Shown: positions 22,471 through 32,139 of the stretch, one piece after another
How the letters are laid out: every line of letters starts with the position of its first letter
Numbering within the stretch: the first letter of the stretch is position 1
Assembly: GCA_019242155.1 (NCBI GenBank)
Contig: JAFAWA010000038.1
Span: forward strand, 1-63,263
DNA from: Terriglobia bacterium
GTDB taxonomy: Bacteria > Acidobacteriota > Terriglobia > Bryobacterales > Bryobacteraceae
Length of the DNA stretch: 63,263 nt
Direction: 5' to 3'
The notes under the pieces: model-generated
Database searches by the model: none
Told to the model about the DNA's origin: nothing
What the model saw: the letters and a program-made list of their open reading frames with translations, nothing else
Program-made: the position numbers and the translations under genes

Positions 22471-24430
22471 CCTGTTGTTGGCCGGAGCTGCATTAAGAGC
22501 CGCGGAAATGCCGTATTTCAGCGTCCTCGCGGATGATGCCGGAGCGTGGCCGGAGATTCTGTCGTCTATCGGGCTTCAGCAAAAGCCGGCCGGTCTTGCG
22601 CGCGTGTTCGTGGCTCGTTCCGGGTCGCCGGCTTCCAACGAGTGGACCGGCCGCGTCGAGAAAGGCGCGGTGTTGATCGTGGAGGGCGATTCGTCCCTCG
22701 CTGAGATGTTCGGCTTCCGGCGCGGAAAAGACAATGTTCGGGTATCCAGCTTAGTGGATGTGCACCTGCCCAAGCTGCCGATTATCTGGGAAAAGGGCCT
22801 GGAACTCCCAATTTTCGAATTGCCTGAAGGCGCGCGCGTATTCGCACGGGAACGATGGACGGGGGCGCCCATGGTGGCGGGCTTTCGCCGGGGAGCCGGG
22901 GCCGTGTTGTGGCTGGAAGTGCCACCGGGAGAGCACGGCTACGAACGCTTTCCTTACCTCTTGCAGGCTCTCGGGGACCTCGGCCTGGAGCCTCCGTTTC
23001 GCGGAAGCGGGCTCTGGGCGTTTTTTGACTCGGCTTATCGCTCGCGCGTGGACCTCGACTATTTTGTCGCTCGCTGGCGTCGGGCGGGCATCAGTGCGCT
23101 GCATGTAGCTGCCTGGCACTTCTATGAGACCAACCCGGAAGCCGACGCCTACCTGAAGAGATTGATTGAGGCCTGTCACCGCGAGGGCATTCTGGTGTAC
23201 GCATGGCTCGAACTGCCGCATGTGAGCGAGCAGTTCTGGAGTGATCACCCGGAGTGGCGGGAAAAGACCGCGGTGCTTCAAGACGCTCAGTTGGATTGGC
23301 GCAAGTTGATGAATCTGACCAATCGCGACTGTTTTCGCGCCGTCTCTAGCGGGGTCGGGCAACTGCTGGACCGGTTCGACTGGGACGGGGTGAACCTCGC
23401 GGAACTCTATTTCGAATCTTTAGAAGGCATCGGAAACCCGTCGCGCTTTACGCCAATGAACGCGGATGTTCGAAAACTGTTCCAGGCGGAGCATGGATTC
23501 GACCCAATCGAGCTTTTCAGTAGCCGCCGCGATGCGGAATCGCAACGGATGTTCCTCGATTTTCGAAGCGAAATATCCGGCCGGATTCAAGAAGAGTGGC
23601 TCCGCCTTCTGGAGTCAAAGCGACAAGCAAAGCCATTTCTGGATCTGGTTCTGACTCATGTGGATGACCGTTTCGATAAAGGCATGCGCGATGCAATTGG
23701 CGCCGACGCAAGCCGGGTGCTGCCGCTGCTCGACCATCATAGTTTCACGTTTCTGATTGAAGACCCTGCGACCATTTGGAATTTGGGCCCGCAACGATAC
23801 AGTGCGATTCGTGATGCTTACAAACCTTTAACGGCGCACGGAGAGAAATTGGCGATTGACCTGAATATCGTCGACCGGTATCAAAATGTCTACCCAACCA
23901 AACAGCAGACCGGAACCGAGTTGTTCGACCTGGTGCATCAAGCGGCTTCTCACTTCGAGCGGGTGGCGCTCTACTTTGAAAACTCTTTGCTGGCGCCGGA
24001 CTTGAATCTGCTTTCCTCCGCTTCGGCCGCGGTGAGCCGCATAGAACCGTTAGGGCCGAAGACGATCATCGAATCCGCGGGCGGTGTCGGTCTTCCATGG
24101 AAAGGGCCTGCCATGCTTGATGGTCAGATCTGGCCGGCGGCGGACGATGAGACTATCTGGATTCCGGCCGGCGCGCATAGCATCGAAAAAGGTCAGACTT
24201 TCGCCGGCGTGCGGTTGCTCCGCTTGAACGGGGAGCTTCGGGCCGCTCGAGTGGTCGACGCGCATACCATCGAGTTCTCTTACCGGAGCGCAGGCCGGGC
24301 GATTGCAGTTCTGGACCGCGGACCTCGAAAGCTGCAGGTGGATGGTGAAGACGAGCCGATGGTTGCCGCCGGACCTGCCACTCTACTTCTGCCGCGTGGC
24401 CAACACGTAATCACAGTTACTGCCGAGTGA
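22454..24430 (+). CDS. Secreted protein with GHL10/DUF187-like (glycoside-hydrolase-like TIM barrel) central domain
   Basis: 658 aa with signal peptide MRLLVSLLLAGAALRAAE. The centre reads ISALHVAAWHFYE...ACHREGILVYAWLELPHV..HPEWREKT..LDWRKLMNLTNRDCFRAV..LLDRFDWDGVNLAELYFES, which resembles GHL-type TIM barrels. It overlaps the upstream TPR gene by 17 nt. Confidence 0.5.
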   Translation: MRLLVSLLLAGAALRAAEMPYFSVLADDAGAWPEILSSIGLQQKPAGLARVFVARSGSPASNEWTGRVEKGAVLIVEGDSSLAEMFGFRRGKDNVRVSSLVDVHLPKLPIIWEKGLELPIFELPEGARVFARERWTGAPMVAGFRRGAGAVLWLEVPPGEHGYERFPYLLQALGDLGLEPPFRGSGLWAFFDSAYRSRVDLDYFVARWRRAGISALHVAAWHFYETNPEADAYLKRLIEACHREGILVYAWLELPHVSEQFWSDHPEWREKTAVLQDAQLDWRKLMNLTNRDCFRAVSSGVGQLLDRFDWDGVNLAELYFESLEGIGNPSRFTPMNADVRKLFQAEHGFDPIELFSSRRDAESQRMFLDFRSEISGRIQEEWLRLLESKRQAKPFLDLVLTHVDDRFDKGMRDAIGADASRVLPLLDHHSFTFLIEDPATIWNLGPQRYSAIRDAYKPLTAHGEKLAIDLNIVDRYQNVYPTKQQTGTELFDLVHQAASHFERVALYFENSLLAPDLNLLSSASAAVSRIEPLGPKTIIESAGGVGLPWKGPAMLDGQIWPAADDETIWIPAGAHSIEKGQTFAGVRLLRLNGELRAARVVDAHTIEFSYRSAGRAIAVLDRGPRKLQVDGEDEPMVAAGPATLLLPRGQHVITVTAE

Positions 24431-24460
24431 CTTTGCCGCCCGGCTAAGCTAGGATTACGA

Positions 24461-24844
24461 GTGGCGATGACGGATGTGGCCGCACAGCCCGGCTTTCCGG
24501 AGATCCCCGATAAGCTCTACTTCAAGATCGGCGAGGTAAGCGAGATTCTCGGGGTGGAGCCGTATGTGTTGCGGTACTGGCAGACCGAATTCCCCCAACT
24601 GTCCCCGAAAAAGTCCGGTACCGGGCACCGGCTTTACCGCCGCAAGGATGTCGAGCTGCTACTTCGGATTAAAGAGCTTCTTTATGAGAAGCGCTTCACG
24701 ATAGAAGGCGCGCGCCAAACATTGCAGAGTGAGGGGCGAGCCGCTTCTAAGCCCGCAGCTCGGGTCCAGCAATTACTGTTTTCCGACGATCCGTTACCCG
24801 AGATTCGCAGAGAATTGGCAGAAATTCTCGACTTACTCAAATAG
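24461..24844 (+). CDS. MerR-family transcriptional regulator
   Basis: 127 aa with a winged HTH: [67 protein letters not shown]. Confidence 0.85.
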   Translation: MAMTDVAAQPGFPEIPDKLYFKIGEVSEILGVEPYVLRYWQTEFPQLSPKKSGTGHRLYRRKDVELLLRIKELLYEKRFTIEGARQTLQSEGRAASKPAARVQQLLFSDDPLPEIRRELAEILDLLK

Positions 24845-25727
24845 CTTCGTCTCCCAGAATCGCTGCGTAAATGCGATTCAGGTCTTCGGACGAATAGTAT
24901 TCAATCTCGATGCGGCCTTTGCGCTTCGCTTTCTCGATGATTCGCACTTTCGTTCCGAGCACGCGCTCCAGTTCTCGAATGGCGGCCTCAACATTTGGGT
25001 CGGCTTCGACCTCATCTACGTGCTTGGTCTTCCGGTCCTCCAGCATCCGTTGCGTGGTACGCTCCATTTGTCTGACGGACCAGCCTTGTGCCACGGCTCG
25101 CTCCGCAACTTCCCGCTGCAGATCCGGCGCGGGGAGAGATAGGAGACATCGGGCGTGTCCGGGCGACAGGCGGCGCTCCGCAACGAGCTGCTGAAGGTCT
25201 TGAGGAAGCTGAAGCAGGCGGACGGAGTTAACGATTGTGCTACGGTCCTTTCCCGTGCGTTGACCCACTTGCTCGGCGTCCATAGCGAGTTCTCGCATCA
25301 TCTTTTCAAAGGCAATGGCTGTCTCGATCGCGTTGAGGTCTTCGCGCTGGATGTTCTCGATCAGCGTGATTTCGAGCAGGCGATCGTCTGGAATTTCGCG
25401 AATCACCGCCGGAACGTGCGAGACACCGGCAAGTCTGGCCGCCCGCCAGCGCCGTTCGCCCGCGACTAGCTGATAACGTTCGCCAGACCTGCGAACCACC
25501 AGAGGCTGAATGATGCCGTTTGCTCGAATCGATTGGGCTAATTCCTCCAGCTTCTCTGGGTGAAATAGACGCCGGGGCTGCAGCGGGTTCGGGTCGATCG
25601 AATCGGCGGGCAATGGAACCGCGGTATTTTGATTTGCATCTGCTGGCGGAGCCGAGGGCGGGCGAGTGGGAAGAAGCGCGCCCAGACCTTTACCGAGCAC
25701 CTTGCGCGGGTTTTCGGCTTTGTTCAT
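24837..25727 (-). CDS. parB: Chromosome partitioning protein ParB/Spo0J
   Basis: 296 aa with [11 protein letters not shown], the ParB box [25 protein letters not shown], and the HTH TQEELAxx-like region [32 protein letters not shown]. Confidence 0.94.
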   Translation of the reverse strand: MNKAENPRKVLGKGLGALLPTRPPSAPPADANQNTAVPLPADSIDPNPLQPRRLFHPEKLEELAQSIRANGIIQPLVVRRSGERYQLVAGERRWRAARLAGVSHVPAVIREIPDDRLLEITLIENIQREDLNAIETAIAFEKMMRELAMDAEQVGQRTGKDRSTIVNSVRLLQLPQDLQQLVAERRLSPGHARCLLSLPAPDLQREVAERAVAQGWSVRQMERTTQRMLEDRKTKHVDEVEADPNVEAAIRELERVLGTKVRIIEKAKRKGRIEIEYYSSEDLNRIYAAILGDEAI

Positions 25728-26481
25728 GGTCTAAAATCTCTTTTGCGAGTTTGATATAACTCTCCGCGCCACGGGAGCGCGGATCATAGCCCAGAATCGG
25801 TTTACCGAAGCTGGGCGCCTCCGCGAGCCGGACACTGCGAGGGATGACGGTTTGGAATACCTGTTTACCAAAGAATTCTCGGAGATCCGCCGCGACTTGC
25901 CTAGTGAGGTTGGTCCGGTCATCGAACATGGTCAGAAGAATTCCCTCGAGGCCTAAAGGGTGCCTAAAGGAATCACGAACTCGGTCGATAGTATCCATGA
26001 GCTCGGAGATCCCCTCCAGGGCGAAGAATTCGCACTGTATAGGCACCAAGACCGCATCTGCTGCAACTAGCGCGTTTAGAGTCAGGAGGTCGAGGGCGGG
26101 GGGGCAGTCTATTAGTATGTAGGCGAAACGGTTTCGGACTGTGGCGATCGCGGACTGTAGGCGGAATTCCCGGTTCGGTACGTCCACCAACTCTAGATTG
26201 GCGCCTACTAAGTTCTTGTCCGCTGGGATTATGCTTAGTCCTTCCAGACCAGTGGGGAACATAGCGTTCTCCGCAGGCACCCCGCCTAGTAGCACATGGT
26301 AAAGACTTGGTTTGCCGGGATCTTTGGTTACGCCCAGGCCGCTAGTTGCGTTGCCTTGCGGATCAGAGTCAATCAGGAGGATTTGGAGGTCGCTAGCAGC
26401 TAAAGAAGCTGCGAGGTTAATGGCCGTGGTGGTTTTACCGACCCCGCCCTTTTGATTGCTGACCGCGAGAACCCGCCCCAA
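25690..26481 (-). CDS. parA: Chromosome partitioning ATPase ParA/Soj
   Basis: 263 aa with the deviant Walker A VSNQKGGVGKTTTAINLA, plus ILIDSDPQGNAT and ILIDCPPAL. It has a TTG start and overlaps the parB start region. Confidence 0.94.
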   Translation of the reverse strand: MGRVLAVSNQKGGVGKTTTAINLAASLAASDLQILLIDSDPQGNATSGLGVTKDPGKPSLYHVLLGGVPAENAMFPTGLEGLSIIPADKNLVGANLELVDVPNREFRLQSAIATVRNRFAYILIDCPPALDLLTLNALVAADAVLVPIQCEFFALEGISELMDTIDRVRDSFRHPLGLEGILLTMFDDRTNLTRQVAADLREFFGKQVFQTVIPRSVRLAEAPSFGKPILGYDPRSRGAESYIKLAKEILDHEQSRKPAQGAR

Positions 26482-26585
26482 GGGGTCATACTAACACGGT
26501 GATCGGAAATATGCGCCGCGCCTAGCCAGGCAGTTGCGCCGGAACCGCAGCAAGGCCTCGCTGCTATGGGTGGGGTCTCTATACC

Positions 26586-26601
26586 TGTTTCACGTGAAAC
26601 C
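26586..26601. other. parS centromere-like site 1
   Basis: tgtttcacgtgaaacc matches the canonical parS TGTTTCACGTGAAACA at 15/16 positions. It lies in the rsmG-parA spacer, about 105 bp upstream of the parA start. Confidence 0.85.
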
Positions 26602-26627
26602 CTCTGTCCCACACTATGAGGTATCCG

Positions 26628-27224
26628 TCACGTCGTACCGCTAGTTTCACGTGAAACTCCGAGTCGCAAATATCGCCCTTGACCCGTTGGGAGCTTCAAT
26701 ATTTGCTTCCAAATGAAACCAAGCTCCTCCGGCGGCGCTTCCGCCCCAGTTAGCAGATCGGCACTGTTTGCGATTTTCTTTAGCACCGGAACGAGGTCAC
26801 GATACGCTACCGCGCGCGACACCCCGTGATCAAACCACTCCTGAATTCTCTCTGCTCGCGCCGGCAGCACGATTACGTTCTCCATGTGCCTGGTTGCCTC
26901 GCGCAAGAAAACGGCTTTACGCCGATGTGACTCAACCAGAGTTACGGCGCAATCGGGGCGAAGGACAGCAACCGGAAAGCCTGGGAAGCCGGCGCCGGAA
27001 CCAATATCCACGACCCGTAAAGGCCCTGGCGGTAGGTGCGCGGCCAGAAACAGCGATTCGAAGTAGTGGCGGTCGACCGCTTCCGTAACGGTGTGGAGCG
27101 AGGTTAGGTTTAGCACCGAGTTCCAACGTTTCAGCAGCTCATAATGTGCTTCGAGAGATCGGAACTGCTCCTCGGAAACGCGGACCAGTCCGGCCGTCTT
27201 CTGTTCGAGCAACTCACGAAACAC
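26628..27224 (-). CDS. rsmG: 16S rRNA (guanine527-N7)-methyltransferase RsmG (GidB)
   Basis: 198 aa with [14 protein letters not shown] and the SAM motif [17 protein letters not shown]. It follows mnmG with an 11-nt overlap. Confidence 0.92.
   Translation of the reverse strand: MFRELLEQKTAGLVRVSEEQFRSLEAHYELLKRWNSVLNLTSLHTVTEAVDRHYFESLFLAAHLPPGPLRVVDIGSGAGFPGFPVAVLRPDCAVTLVESHRRKAVFLREATRHMENVIVLPARAERIQEWFDHGVSRAVAYRDLVPVLKKIANSADLLTGAEAPPEELGFIWKQILKLPTGQGRYLRLGVSRETSGTT
26643..26658. other. parS centromere-like site 2 (inside the rsmG 3' coding end)
   Basis: agtttcacgtgaaact is a perfect 16-bp palindrome matching canonical parS at 14/16 positions. It encodes the ..VSRET.. C-terminus of RsmG and sits 57 bp from site 1. 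Confidence 0.8.
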
Positions 27225-29019
27225 GAGCCAAGCTCAGGTATACATCGAGAATTGCGATCGCTGCCGGAGTCACCCCGGGAATCCGAGAAGCTTGGCCTAG
27301 ATTTAAGGGCCGAGTCGCTTCCAACTTCTGCTGCACCTCGCGAGACAAACCGGGAATGCCATCATACGAGAAGTCGCCGGGGATGCTCCGGCGTTCTGAA
27401 TCCCTCAGCCGCTCGACCTGCCGCTCCTGCTGGCCTATATACCCGCTGTATTTGATTTCCGTTTCGACGGTCTGCAGCAATCCACGGGCTGGCTCGCCGC
27501 CTAAAACTTCGGACACCCATGGAGCGATGTCCCCAATACGAGATTCTGTCCGCTTCAACAGTTCTCCATACTTGTGGCGGCTTAAAGCGGCCTCGAGCCG
27601 TTTCCGCTGTTCTCGCTTGCGGGAGAAGAGCTCCCACCGGTGACTGTCGACTAGTCCGACCCGTCGGCCTAAGGGAGTCAAGCGCTCGTCGGCATTATCG
27701 ATCCGAAGTCGCAACCGGAACTCGGCCCGGGAGGTGAACATTCGATATGGTTCGTCTGCGCCCTTGGTGATGAGGTCGTCGATTAGGATTCCGATATACC
27801 CTTCACTTCTAGAAATGACGAGCGGCTCACGGCCTGAAAGCCAGTTCGCAGCGTTTATCCCGGCGACTAGTCCTTGGCATGCCGCCTCCTCATACCCGGA
27901 AGTGCCGTTAATCTGTCCAGCGAGATATAATCCGCGCACGGCCTTCACGCGCAGCGTGTACTCGAGTTGCCGCGGATCGATAGCGTCGTACTCAATCGCA
28001 TATCCGGGCCGGATCATCTCCGCCGACCCTAGGCCGGGTACGGATGCCAGCATCGCCGATTGCACATCAATTGGCATGCTTGTGGACATTCCGTTCACAT
28101 ACACTTCATTGGTATCCAGACCCTCAGGCTCTAGAAAAATCTGGTGACGGGGTTTGTCGGGAAACTTGAGAATCTTGTCTTCAATGGAAGGGCAGTACCT
28201 CGGCCCAATACCCTCGATTTGTCCGCTATAGAGGGGTGAGCGTGGGATCGCCTCGCGAAGGATTCGGCGAGTTTCCTCGGTCGTATAACCGATGTGGCAC
28301 TCAATTTGAGAACGCGCGATTGCCTCCGTAAGGAACGAGAACGGCGTCGGCATAGAATCGCCGGGTTGCCGCTCGAACTGGGACCAATCTATGGTTCGGC
28401 CGTCCAGGCGGGGAGGCGTACCGGTCTTCAGGCGCGTCCAGTTCAGTCCGAGTGAGCGCAATTGATGGCCGAGCAACTCCGATGATGCTTCTCCGTTGCG
28501 CCCGCAGCTATATTGCATTTCCCCTACATGGGCCAGCCCGTTCAAGAAAGTTCCGGTCGTGACGATTACCGCGTCTGCCCCCACGAAACGGCCGTCCCGG
28601 AGATGGACTCCGGTAACGCGCCTAGGCGATTCCTCGAGCCCGATTCCGGCTACTTCGGCCTGCTTGATTCTCAGGTTCCGCTCCTGCTCGAGTACCTCAC
28701 GCATTCGCATGCGGTACAGCTTCTTATCCATCTGTGCGCGCGGCGACCAGACGGCGGGTCCGCGGCTGGTGTTCAATAACCGGAACTGGATCCCAACGGA
28801 GTCCGCGATTTCGCCCATCAATCCGCCCAAAGCGTCGATCTCCCGCACCAGGTGGCCTTTCGCGATCCCGCCGATCGCAGGATTGCAGGACATTTGCGCG
28901 ATCAGGTCGAGGTTCATGGTGACCATCGCGGTCTTCAGGCCCATGCGCGCGCAGGCCCTGGCTGCCTCGCAGCCCGCGTGACCAGCTCCAACTACAACGA
29001 TGTCGAAGTTTTCCGGCAT
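27214..29019 (-). CDS. mnmG: tRNA uridine-5-carboxymethylaminomethyl synthesis enzyme MnmG (GidA)
   Basis: 601 aa with the FAD motif [40 protein letters not shown] and [11 protein letters not shown]. Confidence 0.96.
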   Translation of the reverse strand: MPENFDIVVVGAGHAGCEAARACARMGLKTAMVTMNLDLIAQMSCNPAIGGIAKGHLVREIDALGGLMGEIADSVGIQFRLLNTSRGPAVWSPRAQMDKKLYRMRMREVLEQERNLRIKQAEVAGIGLEESPRRVTGVHLRDGRFVGADAVIVTTGTFLNGLAHVGEMQYSCGRNGEASSELLGHQLRSLGLNWTRLKTGTPPRLDGRTIDWSQFERQPGDSMPTPFSFLTEAIARSQIECHIGYTTEETRRILREAIPRSPLYSGQIEGIGPRYCPSIEDKILKFPDKPRHQIFLEPEGLDTNEVYVNGMSTSMPIDVQSAMLASVPGLGSAEMIRPGYAIEYDAIDPRQLEYTLRVKAVRGLYLAGQINGTSGYEEAACQGLVAGINAANWLSGREPLVISRSEGYIGILIDDLITKGADEPYRMFTSRAEFRLRLRIDNADERLTPLGRRVGLVDSHRWELFSRKREQRKRLEAALSRHKYGELLKRTESRIGDIAPWVSEVLGGEPARGLLQTVETEIKYSGYIGQQERQVERLRDSERRSIPGDFSYDGIPGLSREVQQKLEATRPLNLGQASRIPGVTPAAIAILDVYLSLARVS

Positions 29020-29040
29020 TCGCTATCATTGTAGCGGCCC

Positions 29041-30288
29041 ATGAGAATCCTAGTGGTCGGTAGCGGCGGCCGGGAGCACGCGCTCGCTTGGAAGCTCTCT
29101 CAGTCACCGGGAGTCGAGTTGTTCGCGACCCCCGGCAATCCCGGAATCGCAACCATTGCCCGGATCTATCCCAGCGATTGCTCGCCGCTCCGAGTTGCCG
29201 AGGAGATCGGTGCGGATCTCACTGTGGTAGGCCCAGAGGTTCCTCTGGTTTCGGGAATTGTGGATGAGTTCCGGGCGCGCGGCCTTGCGATCGTCGGGCC
29301 GGTAAAAGAGGCCGCGAAATTAGAGGGCAGCAAGATCTACGCAAAGCACTTTTTCAGTCAGAGTAAAATACCCACGGCCGCTTTCACCGTAGCCCAAGAC
29401 CCGCTGGAAGCCAGCCGCGCACTCGACCGGTTCCGCTTCCCCGTGGTCCTGAAAGCGGACGGTCTCGCCGCCGGCAAAGGTGTCGTGATCGCAGGCGACC
29501 ATCAGGGGGCAAACGCCGCTCTCTCAGTTCTCCAAGGGCCTCTGGTTATTGAAGAATTCCTCGAAGGAGAGGAGGTCAGCTTCATCGCCCTGTGTGACGG
29601 CAAAACTGCCGTGCCGTTCGCGGCAACTCAGGATCACAAAGCGGTCTTCGACGGCGATCGCGGCCCAAACACCGGCGGCATGGGCGCATATTCGGACTCT
29701 AATATTCTCACCGAAAATCAGAGCCGTGAGATCCTGGATCGCGTGATTCTGCCGACAGTCGCAGCGACTGGATTCACAGGATTCTTGTATGCCGGCCTGA
29801 TGATGACTCGAACCGGACCAAAAGTTCTCGAATTCAACGTTCGCCTGGGCGATCCGGAAACCCAAGCGCTCATGCACCGCATGGCCACGGATTTTGCCCC
29901 CGTACTCGTGGCCGCCGCTCACGGGGAACTGAATAACGTGAAGCTCGAATGGCGCGAGGGCCCCAGCGTCTGCGTGGTGCTCGCGTCCAGCGGCTACCCA
30001 GGCGCGTATGAGACTGGGAAACCGATCAGCGGCATCGAAACGGCTGAAGCTGAGGGCGCCATTGTGTTCCAAGCCGGCACGCGGCAGGGTCGACGGGGTC
30101 TCGAAACGGCAGGTGGACGGGTCCTCGGTGTTACGGCCGGCGGTTCGGACCTGCCCGCAGCCCTAGGTCGCGTGTACGCCGCTGTGCGTGCGATCCACTT
30201 TGAAGGTATGCACTACCGGACGGACATCGGAGCGAAGGGGCTTCGCCGGGCGCAGGCATCCACAAGCAGAGGTCGTGGGGAACCGTAG
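29041..30288 (+). CDS. purD: Phosphoribosylamine--glycine ligase
   Basis: 415 aa with MRILVVGSGGREHALAWKL, the ATP-grasp VVLKADGLAAGKGV, and FNVRLGDPETQ. It is divergent from mnmG with only a 21-bp spacer. Confidence 0.95.
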   Translation: MRILVVGSGGREHALAWKLSQSPGVELFATPGNPGIATIARIYPSDCSPLRVAEEIGADLTVVGPEVPLVSGIVDEFRARGLAIVGPVKEAAKLEGSKIYAKHFFSQSKIPTAAFTVAQDPLEASRALDRFRFPVVLKADGLAAGKGVVIAGDHQGANAALSVLQGPLVIEEFLEGEEVSFIALCDGKTAVPFAATQDHKAVFDGDRGPNTGGMGAYSDSNILTENQSREILDRVILPTVAATGFTGFLYAGLMMTRTGPKVLEFNVRLGDPETQALMHRMATDFAPVLVAAAHGELNNVKLEWREGPSVCVVLASSGYPGAYETGKPISGIETAEAEGAIVFQAGTRQGRRGLETAGGRVLGVTAGGSDLPAALGRVYAAVRAIHFEGMHYRTDIGAKGLRRAQASTSRGRGEP

Positions 30289-30338
30289 CGGGAGCATTGG
30301 TCCTGTATCCCGCCGAGTCCCTACATCGCAAAGGTCGT

Positions 30339-30725
30339 CTAAGCCGCAGGCAGACCCAAGAGCTCGTTAATTCGAACCAGCAGAGCCTCGGGCGTAAACG
30401 GTTTCAACAACACGCGGTCAGGAGATTGGCTGCGCAGGCTCACCGCCGCAATGCTTTCCGTGTATCCGGAGATGTAGAGGATCGTTAGCTTGGGTGCAAC
30501 CCGTTCCAGCTCCGCACCCAGGTCCAGTCCGCTCATGCCCGGCATCATCATGTCGATGACTACGAGATCGATGGACGTCCGGTGGTCATGAAAGAGGGCG
30601 AGTGCCGGCTTCGCCTCGCCTGCCTCCAAGACATGGAAGCCGCGGCGCGCAAGGAGTTGGGAGATCGAGTTTCGCAAGGGGGCGTGATCCTCTACGAGTA
30701 GGATCGTTTGCTCTCCTGCGGTCAT
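30339..30725 (-). CDS. Stand-alone response-regulator receiver domain protein (CheY-like)
   Basis: 128 aa with ILLVEDHAPL, the phospho-acceptor context LVVIDMMMPGMSG, and LLKPF. It has no output domain and no kinase gene adjacent. Confidence 0.88.
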   Translation of the reverse strand: MTAGEQTILLVEDHAPLRNSISQLLARRGFHVLEAGEAKPALALFHDHRTSIDLVVIDMMMPGMSGLDLGAELERVAPKLTILYISGYTESIAAVSLRSQSPDRVLLKPFTPEALLVRINELLGLPAA

Positions 30726-30813
30726 CTTTCCTCCCCGGGCAAAGCTTCGCGGCCGTCCCGACTAGGTGGTGACCGGACGGCCGGAAAATTCTCGGAGAGA
30801 TGTCGCCTGAAAT

Positions 30814-32139
30814 TTAGATCTCGAGCTTTCCCGTACTGTCTCCGAAACGCTCCTGCTCGACGCCTAATTTATCCAGCATAGCCAGAAGGAGGTTCGACAT
30901 CGGCGTATGCTCAGGGAATTTCAGATGCCGCCCGCCCTTGAGTTGGCCCGCGGCGCCGCCGGCGAGCAGGACGGGTAGCGGGTCGTGATCGTGCTGATTT
31001 CCATTGCTCATGCCGCTACCGTAGAGAACCATAGAGTGGTCGAGCAAGGTTCCGTCCCCGTCAGGGGTGGCACGCAGCTTCTCGAGGAAGTAAGCGAGCA
31101 TTTGGACGTGATACCGGTTAATCAGCGCAAACTTATCCATGCTGGCCAGCACGTTGGAATGGTGCGAGGCCACATGGAAACCGTCGCGCACACCGCTCGT
31201 CGGATAGACGGCCCCGCTGGTGTCGCGGGCGTACATCATGGTGGCGACCCTCGTGATTCCAGCTTTGAACGCGAGCACTTGCAGATCGAACATGATTTTG
31301 AAATGCTCGTCGAAGGATTCCGGCACTCCGACCGGAGACTCGGGAATCTGCAGGTCGGTTTTGGTCTGCCGTTCGGCTTTTTGGATGCGGCGTTCGATTT
31401 CACGAACGTCATCAAGATATTCGTTTAGGCGGGTGCGGTCAGCCGGGGCAAGATCCTTTTGCAAAGAAGCGATCTGGCCCATTACCGAATCGAGCATGCT
31501 GCGGCTTTCTTGTTTACGCGCGGCGCGGTCCTCATTGGTGCTGCCGTCGCCAAAAAGCTTCTCAAAGACAACTTGAGGATTGTTCTCCATCGGCAACGGG
31601 ACAGTGGACGTCTTCCAAGAGATCGTGTTGGAGTAGGCGCAAGCGTAGCCCGAACCGCAGCTCAACGCTACATCTTCGATGGAAAGCTCGAGAGACGGCA
31701 GCGGCGTATCCTGGCCGATATGTTGCGCCGCGAGTTGATCCACGGTGACGCCGACATGGACGCTCTCTTTTTCCGGGTGCGACCCGCTGAGATAGACCGC
31801 GGCGGAGCGCGCGTGATCGGCGCCCGCATCGGAACCCACACCGCCCGCGAGCGGATGGGCGAGGTTCGAAATTATGTTGATACGTTCGCGGTACTTTTCG
31901 AGCGGAGTGAGAGTCTCGGTGAACTGGAATCCTGTGCCCTCCGCCTCCGGGGTCCACTTATACATCGTTGCGCCGTGCGGGACATAAATGCAGCTGAGAC
32001 GGCTCTTGGCGTTAGCCGCGGTTTTGGCGAGCGGAGTCTGCGCCGGAACCATGGAATCCAGTAGCGGCAGCGATAACGAGACGCCCAAGCCGCGGAGGAG
32101 CGTGCGGCGGGATAGGTGCTTCTTGGAAATGAAGTTCAT
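30814..32139 (-). CDS. DUF1552 domain-containing protein (Tat-like signal)
   Basis: 441 aa starting MNFISKKHLSRRTLLRGLGVSLSLPLL. The family call rests on the overall pattern and on the canonical pairing with an upstream DUF1592-type gene. It shares an ATGA start/stop overlap with that gene. Confidence 0.72.
   Translation of the reverse strand: MNFISKKHLSRRTLLRGLGVSLSLPLLDSMVPAQTPLAKTAANAKSRLSCIYVPHGATMYKWTPEAEGTGFQFTETLTPLEKYRERINIISNLAHPLAGGVGSDAGADHARSAAVYLSGSHPEKESVHVGVTVDQLAAQHIGQDTPLPSLELSIEDVALSCGSGYACAYSNTISWKTSTVPLPMENNPQVVFEKLFGDGSTNEDRAARKQESRSMLDSVMGQIASLQKDLAPADRTRLNEYLDDVREIERRIQKAERQTKTDLQIPESPVGVPESFDEHFKIMFDLQVLAFKAGITRVATMMYARDTSGAVYPTSGVRDGFHVASHHSNVLASMDKFALINRYHVQMLAYFLEKLRATPDGDGTLLDHSMVLYGSGMSNGNQHDHDPLPVLLAGGAAGQLKGGRHLKFPEHTPMSNLLLAMLDKLGVEQERFGDSTGKLEI

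Noticed and set aside
30287-30313. Hairpin GCGGGA-N14-TCCCGC after purD as an intrinsic terminator.
   Set aside because: The stem is short, the loop is large and there is no downstream T-tract, so the support is too weak.
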